In this document: in pieces, positions 10,119 to 19,213 of the stretch
Layout of the letters: each line of letters begins with the position of its first letter
How positions within the stretch are numbered: position 1 is the stretch's first letter
From: a virus
Lineage: Duplodnaviria; Caudoviricetes
IMG/VR virus record: IMGVR_UViG_3300044698_000201
Location: 1 to 40,991 of that record
Strand: one strand, 5' to 3'
Length of the DNA stretch: 40,991 nucleotides
The notes under the pieces: model-generated
Told to the model about the DNA's origin: nothing
Seen by the model: the letters and a program-made list of their open reading frames with translations, nothing else
The model's database searches: none
Program-made: the position numbers and the translations under genes

Positions 10119-11282
10119 TTACGGCTGCGGGTACGACTCGACCTGATTGCGAAGCTGGAACCAGAACGGGCTCTGGGAGTCCGACTGGTAGAACGAGCGG
10201 AACGAGAACGACTGCATCGTCCCGTCCTCGCCGTCGATCTTCGGTCCCTTCGGCTCGAGGTCCTGCTCGGGCAGGCGGAATTCGAACTCGTCGTTGCCCT
10301 GGACGAGGACCGACGTCACCTTTTGCGCCGTCCCCTCACGGGCCTTCTGCCAGTGATCGTCGTCCTCGAAGTAGCTGTCGAGCGTGCCCGTCACCTCGAA
10401 CTTGCCGCGCCGCGTCTGCGTTGCGATTCCGCCCGCGTTGTGAGGGCGCTTCTGCGGCGTGTTGATTCCGATCGAGACCGAGAGGTTCGAGACGACGCCC
10501 GTGTCCGTATCGTCCTCAAGGATCGTGTAATTCGCGTACTCGCCCGGATCGCCCGCGAGCTCGGTCGGCGTCGCATCGAGCGAGCTCGTGTCCTTGACGA
10601 GCAGCCCCGAGCCGATCGTGTCGAACCCAACCTGGAAGATCCCCTCCACCGGGCAGTCGAGCGTGAACGCCCGGACCATCTGGTCCATGAACCGGTAGTA
10701 GAGGTTGCCGGCCGACCACCCCGCCTCGATGAGGAAGAAGATCTCGGCGAGCGAGAGCGTCCCGGTGTGGAGAGACCAGAGGTCTGCCGTCGCCGTCGCC
10801 CCCGTGCCGTCGCCCGTGATGTCGACCGTCGGCGCCGAGGTGTAGCCGCTGCCGTAGGCGGTGACCGTGATTGCCGTCACGACACCGCCAACAACCGTGG
10901 CGGTCGCCGTGGCACCCGTGCCACCACCGCCCGTGAAGCCAACCGTCGCGGACGTGTAACCCGAGCCCCCCGCCGTCACGGCACAGCTGCGCACCCCTTT
11001 CGTCGAGGCCATCCCGGCCGAGAGGTACTTGAGCGGCCAGCCGAGCCACGGGAGGTTCGGCACGACCTTCATCGTGATGTCCGACGTGTGGTTCCCGCGG
11101 GCGGGCTTGCGCTCGAACCCGTCGCGGAAGACCGCGGGGTTCTGAATCAGGTTGCGCCCGTGCGCGTCCTCGACCGACGTGCCGGACATCCAGGGGATGA
11201 CCTGGCCGTCCGGGCTCGCGGGCGCCGCGCCGTAAGCGTCCTGGGGGATGAGTAGCAGTTGTACGTCATTCGGTGTGAACAT
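10119..11282 (-). CDS. Major tail tube protein (387 aa)
   Basis: Position between tail terminator and chaperones; [14 protein letters not shown] motif; no sheath gene in the window. Confidence 0.82.
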   Translation of the reverse strand: MFTPNDVQLLLIPQDAYGAAPASPDGQVIPWMSGTSVEDAHGRNLIQNPAVFRDGFERKPARGNHTSDITMKVVPNLPWLGWPLKYLSAGMASTKGVRSCAVTAGGSGYTSATVGFTGGGGTGATATATVVGGVVTAITVTAYGSGYTSAPTVDITGDGTGATATADLWSLHTGTLSLAEIFFLIEAGWSAGNLYYRFMDQMVRAFTLDCPVEGIFQVGFDTIGSGLLVKDTSSLDATPTELAGDPGEYANYTILEDDTDTGVVSNLSVSIGINTPQKRPHNAGGIATQTRRGKFEVTGTLDSYFEDDDHWQKAREGTAQKVTSVLVQGNDEFEFRLPEQDLEPKGPKIDGEDGTMQSFSFRSFYQSDSQSPFWFQLRNQVESYPQP

Positions 11283-11367
11283 GTGCCTTGGCCTCCCTCT
11301 CTCTCGCCCGCCAGCCCGCGCCTATTGCATCGGTCCGCCAGGTGATCTGTTCGTTGGTCTCTTGTTT

Positions 11368-11655
11368 TTACCGCCGCTCCACGCGCCGGAATGACTTCCG
11401 CGTACAGAGGTCTGCCGCGGCCTTGTCAGGCGAAACTCCGAGGCTCGTTGCCAGTGCCGCGAGCGCGTCCTTTGTTACGAAGGCCCCGGGCTCGAGCGCC
11501 CCGACGCCGCGAATCGTCGCCGCGGGCCCGTAGTATTCGAGGACGGCATCCTTGGGGGGGCGCGGTTCTTTCGCCTTCTTCGTCCCCTCCGTCGTCGTCG
11601 CTTCGCGTGCCTCGGGCTCCACCTCGATGGGCACCGTCACTTTCTTTTCAGCCAT
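11368..11655 (-). CDS. Hypothetical protein (95 aa)
   Basis: In operon between tail terminator and tube; purine-rich leader. Confidence 0.55.
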   Translation of the reverse strand: MAEKKVTVPIEVEPEAREATTTEGTKKAKEPRPPKDAVLEYYGPAATIRGVGALEPGAFVTKDALAALATSLGVSPDKAAADLCTRKSFRRVERR

Positions 11656-11670
11656 CTTTCAACCCCTTTC

Positions 11671-12108
11671 TCACGTCTCGTGAACCGTGGTTTCAAAGTA
11701 CTGTCCGTAGCAGACCCTCGGGCCCGCGCGACCCTCGAAGCGGCCACCGTCGATGAGCTTGAGTGCACGTTGAGCCGAGGCGGGTTTCCAGCCTCGCAGC
11801 GCGTCGCGCACCTTTTTTCGAAGGCTGTACGATCCCGCACCGCTCTTGGCCCGAAAGGACTCAGTGACGACCCCGACCGCAATCTGGAGCGTGATGACCT
11901 GCGAGCTCCGGTTGTGTGCGTAGGGCCCGGGGCTCGGCTCGTCGACGATGAGCGTGTACGCGCTCGGCGCCGGGGCTCGTCGCAGGATCTCCTCGTTGAA
12001 CTCCTCGCCGTTCTCGATCCGCACGAGCTCGGGCACGAGGTCCTTGAGCCGGATCTGAATCTCGGCCTCGACCGGGTGCAGGTCCTGATCTTCAGGAATG
12101 AACGTCAT
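11671..12108 (-). CDS. Tail terminator/completion protein, Mu gp37-like (145 aa)
   Basis: ATG 12108 coupled to upstream stop; GSYSLRKKVRDALRGWKP and CYGQYFET motifs; position before tube. Confidence 0.7.
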   Translation of the reverse strand: MTFIPEDQDLHPVEAEIQIRLKDLVPELVRIENGEEFNEEILRRAPAPSAYTLIVDEPSPGPYAHNRSSQVITLQIAVGVVTESFRAKSGAGSYSLRKKVRDALRGWKPASAQRALKLIDGGRFEGRAGPRVCYGQYFETTVHET

Positions 12109-12791
12109 CGGACCCCCACGCACTTCGATTCATAGCGAGCCTCGTGGCAGGACTGGCAGACCTTCACCTCGCCAGGCACCGCGATGAGAGCCGCGCGGAA
12201 TGCCTGACAGCGCGTGCACTGCTGAGGGTACGGCGGGAGCTGTCCCATCCGTACCTCCTCGAGGTTGCGGCCCGGATGCCACTCCCAGTGAGGGCGGTCC
12301 TTGACCTTCCAGGTGCCGCCCCATACGACGCCGTCGACGAGCGTCTTCCAGATCTCGTTCATCGCTCCATAGAGCTCGTCGATCTTTGCCCAGTTTTTCT
12401 TCCGTTCGAGCTCACCGATCCAGTGGTCGAGTTTGTCAGGCCCGCTCCGGAATCCGAGATCGACCGCGAATCCGAGGACGTGCCAGCTCCAGAGCACCCA
12501 CGTGACAGGCTTGCCCCACTCGAGGAACGAGACGACATTCGACGCCTCGCCACAGCTCACGTAGACCTTCGCGCTGCGGAGTTTTGTGACGACCGTCGGG
12601 ATCACGCCCGGGAACTTTCTCTCCGAGTCCACCGTCATACGTCCCTGCGCGTAGAGACACGCCTGATAATCGAGCGAGCGCGTGCCCTGCATGATGAACG
12701 GGTAGAGCCCTGCTTGCGGCGCGCGCGCCATCACCTCGGTGACGATCGGCTGGAAGTACGGATGCAGATCTTCGATGCGCCGGCTATTCAT
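12105..12791 (-). CDS. Endolysin, M15 L-Ala-D-Glu peptidase family (228 aa)
   Basis: LHP..., RS...Q..LYAQGR, SWH..G.AVD and WGGTW..KDRPHWE motifs; C-terminal CxxC..CxxC. Confidence 0.88.
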   Translation of the reverse strand: MNSRRIEDLHPYFQPIVTEVMARAPQAGLYPFIMQGTRSLDYQACLYAQGRMTVDSERKFPGVIPTVVTKLRSAKVYVSCGEASNVVSFLEWGKPVTWVLWSWHVLGFAVDLGFRSGPDKLDHWIGELERKKNWAKIDELYGAMNEIWKTLVDGVVWGGTWKVKDRPHWEWHPGRNLEEVRMGQLPPYPQQCTRCQAFRAALIAVPGEVKVCQSCHEARYESKCVGVR

Positions 12792-13092
12792 CAGCCTTCT
12801 CCTCGATGTCAGGCAGCTCGACGGTCTGCCCGGCGAGTGGGTGCGTCGAGTCGGGGAGAAACTGAATCCGACCCTCCCGCACGAAGCTGTGGCAGACGAA
12901 CGGCTCACGATCGGCATGGTCGAAACGCAGAAGGATCGAGGGCGTGAGCGTCGGCCTCTCCAGATCGCCGTTGAAACCCCATGCCTTCGGACCTTCGACC
13001 GGGACGTACTTCCTGCCCGAGTGAGGCCCGAAGCCGGCAGCACACCCGGGGCAGTCGAAGACAAGATGCGGTCCTGACCGTCGTGCCTTCAT
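12784..13092 (-). CDS. DUF6527-like small Cys/His protein (102 aa)
   Basis: FDCPGC..H, WGFNGDLERPTLTPSI and CHSFVREGRIQFLPDSTHPLAGQTV motifs. Confidence 0.72.
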   Translation of the reverse strand: MKARRSGPHLVFDCPGCAAGFGPHSGRKYVPVEGPKAWGFNGDLERPTLTPSILLRFDHADREPFVCHSFVREGRIQFLPDSTHPLAGQTVELPDIEEKADE

Positions 13093-13766
13093 GCCGTCCC
13101 CCTGCCAAAGCTGCTCTCGATGTAGTCGAGGTACTTCGCCTCGATCATGGCTTCGTCTTTACGTGTCAGGCCGAACCACTCGTTCTTCGGCATCCGCACA
13201 GAGCGGACGAGGAGGAACAACGCACGAATCTTTGCGCCGGTGCCGGATGCGGAGGGCGTCTTCTGAAACAGGTAGAGCTTCCCCCGCACGCGCCGGAAGA
13301 ACGTGTCCTTGTAATCGCGTGCACGGGCTCCTGGACGGTTGGCGTTGAGGGACGAGCGCTCGCCTTTGATCGCAAACGCACCGCCCTTCGCGCGCATCGG
13401 GATCGTCAGAAATTTCTTGCCCGGCCCCGGGCGGATCTCTCCGCCACGCTGGAAGACAGCGGCTCCCTTGAAGGTCGAAAAGAATTCGAGCCCCCCGTCC
13501 CCTGCAATCGCGTAATTGAGTGACCGCCCAAAGCGCCCTAACGGACCACCGAGCGCGCGCCCGCCTGACAGAAGGCTCGCGGACGAGTGCAGAGGCCGCC
13601 CGTTCACGTCGAGCCCCGCGGCAAGACGGCGCTTGTGCGAGTTACGGAGCGCCTCGCCGATGTCCTTCGAGGCCGGGCGGACGTCGTGCATCGCGCGGTC
13701 GACACGCTCGAGCGCTTGCTCGACCCTCTCCAACCCCTCGAGGCGATGACCCACTCGCACCGGCAT
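13089..13766 (-). CDS. Virion morphogenesis protein, Mu gpG-like (225 aa)
   Basis: ATG 13766 in TGATG overlap; AAVFQRGGEI.P...K.L.IP and VRMPKNEWFGLT motifs. Confidence 0.78.
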   Translation of the reverse strand: MPVRVGHRLEGLERVEQALERVDRAMHDVRPASKDIGEALRNSHKRRLAAGLDVNGRPLHSSASLLSGGRALGGPLGRFGRSLNYAIAGDGGLEFFSTFKGAAVFQRGGEIRPGPGKKFLTIPMRAKGGAFAIKGERSSLNANRPGARARDYKDTFFRRVRGKLYLFQKTPSASGTGAKIRALFLLVRSVRMPKNEWFGLTRKDEAMIEAKYLDYIESSFGRGTA

Positions 13767-14260
13767 CAGAGATCTCCCAGCCTTTCGCGCGTGAACCGGC
13801 CAGGCGTCGGACAGACCGCCTCGGCTCCACCCGTCGAGGACTCGAGGACGGAGGTGTCCTTTTCGGTTGCTCCCACGATGTAGGCGAGCCGTTTCGGGCC
13901 GGCGGAAATACGCTCGTACCAGGTGCGGATCTCCTTCCACTTCGCAATCCAGAACGCACCCTCCTTGTCAGGGTCGAGAAACTCCGGACGCCTCGTCATG
14001 AGGCCGTACCCCACGGCATAGAGGAGCGTCGTCACGACCACACGCGGCGGAGACGCGGGGTCTGCGACGAGCCGCACGGGCGTCTCGTAGTAGACCCCCG
14101 CATAGCTCTCGAACACGCCCTCGGCATCCTCGATGATCTCGTCGAGGACGCCGGCCTCCGGAGCGATCGCGCCCGGGTCCTCGGTCGTGAGCTCGATGAG
14201 ACGGCGTGGATCGATGAGCGTCTCGATCTTCGCCTGGTCGATTCCATAGTTACTGGGCAC
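13766..14260 (-). CDS. Head-tail adaptor, Mu gp36/DUF1320-like (164 aa)
   Basis: LIELT...VLDEIIEDAEG.FESY...Y.TPV; position after capsid genes. Confidence 0.75.
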   Translation of the reverse strand: MPSNYGIDQAKIETLIDPRRLIELTTEDPGAIAPEAGVLDEIIEDAEGVFESYAGVYYETPVRLVADPASPPRVVVTTLLYAVGYGLMTRRPEFLDPDKEGAFWIAKWKEIRTWYERISAGPKRLAYIVGATEKDTSVLESSTGGAEAVCPTPGRFTRERLGDL

Positions 14261-14300
14261 CCTTTAACCCTCCGGGATATTGCTGCAGTCCATTGACCCG

Positions 14301-14828
14301 TCAGCCGGCAACGACTCCCGCTTCCACGAGGATCGCCGTCTCGAGCTCGTCGAGCGTCACGCCCTTGCGGAACGACTCGATGCCCTTGAACTCGCGCCCG
14401 CCGAACGTGTACGTTCCACCGTCACGACCGGCCGCACCCGTGGCGAGAGCGATCCGCGCGAGGCGGTCGAACGCAACGAGGCCTTCGGCCTGGCTGGGAG
14501 GAATCGGGGCGTCGCCATCGGCGAGTGTGCCGTCCCCGAGGAAGGCCGCGAGGTCACCCGCCGGCAAGTCACTGTCACCGATCGTGTCGCCCGAGACCAG
14601 GATGCGGGGCTGCCCCTTCTCGTCGCGTCCGAGGTTGATCGTCCGGCGCACCTCGTATTTCTTCGGGAGCGGAGCACCCTTCTTCGCAGGCTTCGAAGCG
14701 GCGGTAGCAGGGACCTTCGCGCCCTGCTCTCGAGTGACCGGTGCCGGAGCTCCTCCGTCGGTTGCTGGAGTCGTGGTGGCCGCCGTGGCGGTGGGGCTCG
14801 TCGTCTTGTCAGGCTTTGCATTTGCCAT
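14301..14828 (-). CDS. Hypothetical head-associated protein, Mu gp35 position (175 aa)
   Basis: RBS AAGGAG then ATG 14828; Ala/Thr/Pro-rich N-terminus followed by a small globular domain. Confidence 0.6.
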   Translation of the reverse strand: MANAKPDKTTSPTATAATTTPATDGGAPAPVTREQGAKVPATAASKPAKKGAPLPKKYEVRRTINLGRDEKGQPRILVSGDTIGDSDLPAGDLAAFLGDGTLADGDAPIPPSQAEGLVAFDRLARIALATGAAGRDGGTYTFGGREFKGIESFRKGVTLDELETAILVEAGVVAG

Positions 14829-14868
14829 TGGTGTCTCCTTTTTTTCGGTTCTGGTTGGGTTGCTCAGG

Positions 14869-14902
14869 AAAATCGCGCGGCGGCTTTTCCCGCCGCGCGA
14901 TT
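14869..14902 (-). terminator. Hairpin after capsid gene (weak terminator or stabiliser)
   Basis: 13-bp perfect stem AATCGCGCGGCGG/CCGCCGCGCGATT with 6-nt loop and short U run. Confidence 0.6.
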
Positions 14903-14922
14903 CAACCTCAGCAGCCCGAGGC

Positions 14923-15873
14923 TCAGTCGATGACCGTCCGCCCGAGGAACAGGCGGTTGTTCGCGCGCTGGTTCGCGCCCCACTTGTCCTTGACGTGTTT
15001 GATGTCGGCGTCCAGGTCCTTGTCCCGGTCGTCCTCGACCTGCGGGAAGCCCTTCCGCCGGGCGATGTAGCCCGCGAGAGGCTCGTCGGCCGACGGCGAG
15101 TCGATCCGGCGCCCCACGATGGCGACCTTCGACCAGAGGTGCGCGAAGACGGCATTGCGCGGATCCTTCTTGTCGAACGTGACGGCATGCTTGCCGCGCA
15201 GAATGATGATCTCCCGGCAGCCGATCCAGTTCGCGAGGTTCGCGAGGTTCACAACCTTGTCCTGGTTCGTCGACGGACGGCTGAGCAGCTTCGGATGCTG
15301 CTTGACCGTGTTCCAGACGTCGGCCGCGAGCCAGACGGTCAGCTCGTCCTGCTCGAGGTCCATCTTGAGCTCAGTCGTGCCGAGCCACCGGGCGATGTCA
15401 CCCAGCGGGTCGGAGTTGGTGTAGTCGTTCCACCGGGCCGTTCCGCTGAGCGCCTCGACGTAGGACGCGTCGTAATTCGCCGGATTCTGGAGGAACGTCG
15501 CGACCGTGTACTCCATCCCGAGCTGGATGACGTCCATGCCGAGACGGCTCTTCTTCTCTTCGAGCGTCTGCGGGTCCGCGGCCTCACCGCGCTCCTCGTC
15601 GTAGTACGGCACCTTCACGCCGACCTTCACCGTGCGGTACTCGTCCTTGGCGAGCGAGACGTCGATCAGCTTTCGCGGCGTTCCCATCGGCGTCTCGAGT
15701 CCCTGGCGGATGACCGAGGCGTCCGGGCCGTACTCGGTGAAGACGCCCGCCTCCTTGTTCGTCTCGATGATCGGCCAGATGCCGCCGATCCCCGCGAGAC
15801 GCGGGTTGCGGTACCCGGACACGAGTGCCGTGTCGTGCGGGTTGACCACTCTCACATCGTCTGTTCTGCTCAC
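14923..15873 (-). CDS. Major capsid protein (316 aa)
   Basis: Lambda-E-like motifs (GYRN, LSGTARWND..SDPLGDI, WNTVKQHPKL, LWSK); RBS GGGAG; follows protease and decoration genes. Confidence 0.88.
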   Translation of the reverse strand: MSRTDDVRVVNPHDTALVSGYRNPRLAGIGGIWPIIETNKEAGVFTEYGPDASVIRQGLETPMGTPRKLIDVSLAKDEYRTVKVGVKVPYYDEERGEAADPQTLEEKKSRLGMDVIQLGMEYTVATFLQNPANYDASYVEALSGTARWNDYTNSDPLGDIARWLGTTELKMDLEQDELTVWLAADVWNTVKQHPKLLSRPSTNQDKVVNLANLANWIGCREIIILRGKHAVTFDKKDPRNAVFAHLWSKVAIVGRRIDSPSADEPLAGYIARRKGFPQVEDDRDKDLDADIKHVKDKWGANQRANNRLFLGRTVID

Positions 15874-15945
15874 GTTTCACTCCCTCCCGTTCCGCGCTCA
15901 AACGTGCGGAACCTATTTCATGTGTTCCCAAAAATGTCAGGCGTC

Positions 15946-16443
15946 CTACGAGGACGCCATGAGGCCTTGCGCGATGAGAAGGTCGTTGATCGCGTTGATC
16001 GCGGTCCGCGCCTCCGCGTCGATGGTGGTGCCACCCGCCGGATCCGCGATGAACGCCGACGCGACCACGCCAGGGGCGAGAAAGACTTCCGCTTCGACGA
16101 TGTCGCCGATCGCTCCGCCCTTGCGGATGAAGGCGTTGATCGCCTGGCCGGCCGTCGGCGCGACGCCGCGCCCCACGTTGTCGGACGTGACGAACGCGTT
16201 ATTTCCTACCGTCCCGCCGAGCTCCAGCGAGTAGGTACCGATGACCCCGACCGGGAGCTCCTTTGCCGCGATCGCGAGGTCAGTGGTCGTGTGCTCGTCG
16301 GTCGAAATGCCGTGTGCTCGTGCCCCGGCAACCGCGAGCTGGTCGCCCACGTCGTCGACGAAGCGGGCCGGCAGGACCGCCGCGGTCGGCTTGCGGGGGA
16401 GCTGAAGCACCGGCCGCGAGCCTTCGTAAGTGATGTTCCCCAT
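15946..16443 (-). CDS. Capsid cement/decoration protein, DUF2190-like (165 aa)
   Basis: RFV....AG.RAHGI, V.VIG...LE.GG.V..N..VTSD..GR motifs; RBS GGAGG. Confidence 0.72.
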   Translation of the reverse strand: MGNITYEGSRPVLQLPRKPTAAVLPARFVDDVGDQLAVAGARAHGISTDEHTTTDLAIAAKELPVGVIGTYSLELGGTVGNNAFVTSDNVGRGVAPTAGQAINAFIRKGGAIGDIVEAEVFLAPGVVASAFIADPAGGTTIDAEARTAINAINDLLIAQGLMASS

Positions 16444-16505
16444 GATTCTTCCTCCCTGTTAGGCAGTTGTTGTCCTCGTGTCTTCGTGGTTCTCGTGGCC
16501 GCCTG

Positions 16506-17294
16506 TCAGGCGCGGCGCGCTTCCTTCTTCCGGATCTCGTTGGCCTCCATGTAGGAGAGGCCCTTCTCGGCCATGATCTGCTCGACGCGGGCCTTGATCT
16601 TCGCCCCCTCTTCGTCGAAGCGGACCGGCTGGCCCGCGAGCTCGCCCTCGGTCTCGATCCGGGCCTCGGCCGTCTCCGTCGTGGGCTCGGTGCCCCTGGC
16701 GATCGGCTCCGGCTTCTGCTCGGGGAGCTTCTCGACCGTCGACTTCGCAAGCTCGTAGTTCGACGCCGCGAGCTCGCGGATCGTCCCCTCGAGCGCGGGC
16801 GTGAGGCGCGCCGCGTTCGCCCTGACGAGCTCGTCGATTCGCGAGGACTTCGCCGTCTCGTCGAGCTCGGCAATCCGGGCCAGCACCGCCTCGTGCTCGG
16901 AGCGCGGCACCATGTCGGCCGGGTTCGCGAGCACGAGCACGCGCGCGGTCACGGTTGCGAGGTCCGCCCCAGGCTCCAGCCCAAGTACCTTCGCGAGCTC
17001 GGGCGCGAGGAGCGGCCTCTCGGCCAGACGCGCTTCAACACGTGCCTCAACCTCCTCGGCCGGCACGAGCCCGAGCGCCTCGAGGAGCGTCTCGATGGCG
17101 GCCTTCTCCTCGCCACCCTCAGCCGCCCGGGCCTCGGCGAGCATGTCGTCCGACTCCGGAATCTTCTTCAGTAGCTTCGCGAGCGCGTTACGGAGATCGT
17201 TGAACGAGTCCGTGAGGCGCATCCCCAGGGCGTACCTGAGCGAGGAGATCAGCTCCTTGCCGATCGCCGCCATTCCCTGCTTCACCTGTGGCAT
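16506..17294 (-). CDS. Internally initiated scaffold protein, Mu gpZ-like (262 aa)
   Basis: AAGGAGG-AAGAC-ATG at 17294, in frame, directly after the protease domain. Confidence 0.7.
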   Translation of the reverse strand: MPQVKQGMAAIGKELISSLRYALGMRLTDSFNDLRNALAKLLKKIPESDDMLAEARAAEGGEEKAAIETLLEALGLVPAEEVEARVEARLAERPLLAPELAKVLGLEPGADLATVTARVLVLANPADMVPRSEHEAVLARIAELDETAKSSRIDELVRANAARLTPALEGTIRELAASNYELAKSTVEKLPEQKPEPIARGTEPTTETAEARIETEGELAGQPVRFDEEGAKIKARVEQIMAEKGLSYMEANEIRKKEARRA

Positions 17295-17897
17295 GTCTTC
17301 CTCCTTCTGCGTATTGATGTTCTCCTCGGCGGCGGCCGCGAGCTCAGCCCGCACACGCGCCGCGATTTGATCGCGCAGTTCTTTCTGGTTGTGACTCTTC
17401 GGCACGTTTGTCAGGCCGACCGAAAGCAGCCTGACCACGCGCCGCGTCTTCGGCTCGTAGAGATAGACGGGGGAGTGGTAGTTGTACTCGGCCACATCGC
17501 CCTCGCCGGCCGAGGCGAGGTAGCGGCGCGCGCGGCGCGTCCAGGTGATGTCTTTCGCAATGAGCCCGCGCTTGCCGCCCGCCTCGAGCGTTGCAGCCAT
17601 CCCTGCGGCCGGTGACTCGATCGGCGGGTACACGTGCGTCTGGTGCTCATAATCGATCGCGAGCTTCACGGCGCGCTTTTCGAACGTGGCGACGATCGTT
17701 TTCTGGGAGAGGTCATCGGTCACGAACGTGCCGTCATCGTTCGTGTACGACGGGTACGGAAAGATGACCATTTCGGTGGGCACCCCGTCCTCGTCCACCT
17801 TCGCGAACGCCTCGGCGAGATCCATCGGCGTCCCGACCGTCACGGCAAGACCCGAAACGGCCATTTCGAGCCCTTCGATGTCGATTTCCACCGTCAC
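16506..17897 (-). CDS. Mu I-like prohead protease/scaffold (463 aa)
   Basis: LAIDYEHQT, PAAG, WT..A, EY.Y.SPV and VGLTN.P motifs followed by a helical scaffold half. Confidence 0.92.
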   Translation of the reverse strand: MTVEIDIEGLEMAVSGLAVTVGTPMDLAEAFAKVDEDGVPTEMVIFPYPSYTNDDGTFVTDDLSQKTIVATFEKRAVKLAIDYEHQTHVYPPIESPAAGMAATLEAGGKRGLIAKDITWTRRARRYLASAGEGDVAEYNYHSPVYLYEPKTRRVVRLLSVGLTNVPKSHNQKELRDQIAARVRAELAAAAEENINTQKEEDMPQVKQGMAAIGKELISSLRYALGMRLTDSFNDLRNALAKLLKKIPESDDMLAEARAAEGGEEKAAIETLLEALGLVPAEEVEARVEARLAERPLLAPELAKVLGLEPGADLATVTARVLVLANPADMVPRSEHEAVLARIAELDETAKSSRIDELVRANAARLTPALEGTIRELAASNYELAKSTVEKLPEQKPEPIARGTEPTTETAEARIETEGELAGQPVRFDEEGAKIKARVEQIMAEKGLSYMEANEIRKKEARRA

Positions 17898-19213
17898 CGG
17901 GTCACCTCCCGGGCTCCGGGAGACAAGACCCCCTTAGAACCCTTTTTAACGCTTTTCAAAAGTGGGGTGTTTTCCTTTTGACGTACCCCAACACCCCCCC
18001 GGGCGCGCGCCCCGTAGAGCCCCATTTCGCGCGACTTCCGGGCACGTGGCAATTTCGAGCTCGCGAGCCTCCCCCGGCGGCGGGATTCGGGGCGGCCTGG
18101 CCTCGCAATGCGGACCAGAAATCCGCCCGGCGCGCGCTCCAGCTCGAGGACGATCCGGCTCCCCGGTGTCTCCCCCGCGAAGACCTTGAAGTAGCGCTTC
18201 GTGAGCGTCCCGTCCGCACGCCTGACGATCCAGACCTCGTCCGCCTCTTCGATCGCAGGGAGGATTGCCCGGATCATGTCCGTGAGTCCGGATGCAACGA
18301 GCGCGTCATAACTCGCGCGCGCGAGACGTACCCCGTCGCCCGAGGCATCGAGGATCCATGTCCCGGTGGCACCCTCTGGAATTCCGATGAGGCCGCGGAA
18401 ACGCTCCCATCCCTCCTCGAGCATGTCAGGCGTGACGAGCGGAGTCAGCTGGGGCAGAGGCGCGCCCGTGACGGAGGAGAGCTTGCCTAACCCGTAGTCG
18501 GCCGCCGCGTGCCCCGCCAGCTCGTCGGCGAGCTCGGCGGCGTGGCGTGCAAGGTCCGCGTCATCCGCGCCTAACAGATGCGGCGGAAAGTCGAAGCCGT
18601 CGAGCGGCAGGATCTGTTGCCCGTCGATCACGGGATACTCGGTGTCCTCTTCCGACTCGTAGATCGCGAGGCCGAGCTCACGCGCTTCCGCCTCGGTGAG
18701 AGAGATGACGTCGAGGTGACGCTCACCGTGGTGGTTCGGCGGCCAGATCCTCTTCTCGATCGGATCGCCCGCGCGCCAGACGAGTCCACCCAGGGCCCGG
18801 CAGACCGGCGTCGTCGACCCGTCACGCGGCTCGACCGGATACTGACGAAGCGGCCGCAGGCGGATGAGGTCAGGGTCCGAGAGCTGGCGGTACCGTCCAG
18901 CCGAGTACGCGAGCGCGTAGGCGTTCTGCCAGATGAGCTCCATCCTCTGAGGGGAGAGAAGCACCCCGTCCTGGCGGGCGAGGATGTCGCCGAGAAGAGT
19001 GGTGAAGTCCTCGCGCGTCATGTTCTCCTCGAGCGCGCGGGTGAGAAGAGCATGTGCCTCGCCGATCGCCCCCTCACGCAGGCCGCCCGAGATCGTGAAC
19101 GCGCGCCGCTTAGCCTCGTCCGACATCGCATAGAACGCGGAGGGTGAGACACCCGAGCGCGTGCGGTGGTAGTCGACCGCCTCACGGAACGCTTTGATCA
19201 CCGGCTCAGCCAC
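17894..19213 (-). CDS. MuF head morphogenesis protein with C-terminal extension (439 aa)
   Basis: RAFTISG, RMELIWQN...AYSAGRY and PPNH motifs; GTG 19213 overlaps the portal stop. Confidence 0.85.
   Translation of the reverse strand: MAEPVIKAFREAVDYHRTRSGVSPSAFYAMSDEAKRRAFTISGGLREGAIGEAHALLTRALEENMTREDFTTLLGDILARQDGVLLSPQRMELIWQNAYALAYSAGRYRQLSDPDLIRLRPLRQYPVEPRDGSTTPVCRALGGLVWRAGDPIEKRIWPPNHHGERHLDVISLTEAEARELGLAIYESEEDTEYPVIDGQQILPLDGFDFPPHLLGADDADLARHAAELADELAGHAAADYGLGKLSSVTGAPLPQLTPLVTPDMLEEGWERFRGLIGIPEGATGTWILDASGDGVRLARASYDALVASGLTDMIRAILPAIEEADEVWIVRRADGTLTKRYFKVFAGETPGSRIVLELERAPGGFLVRIARPGRPESRRRGRLASSKLPRARKSREMGLYGARARGGVGVRQKENTPLLKSVKKGSKGVLSPGAREVTR

Noticed and set aside
14293-16554. 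753-aa plus-strand ORF and other long antisense ORFs (e.g. 10011-11255, 33895-35202)
   Set aside because: Shadow frames of well-supported genes in high-GC DNA, with no recognisable motifs.
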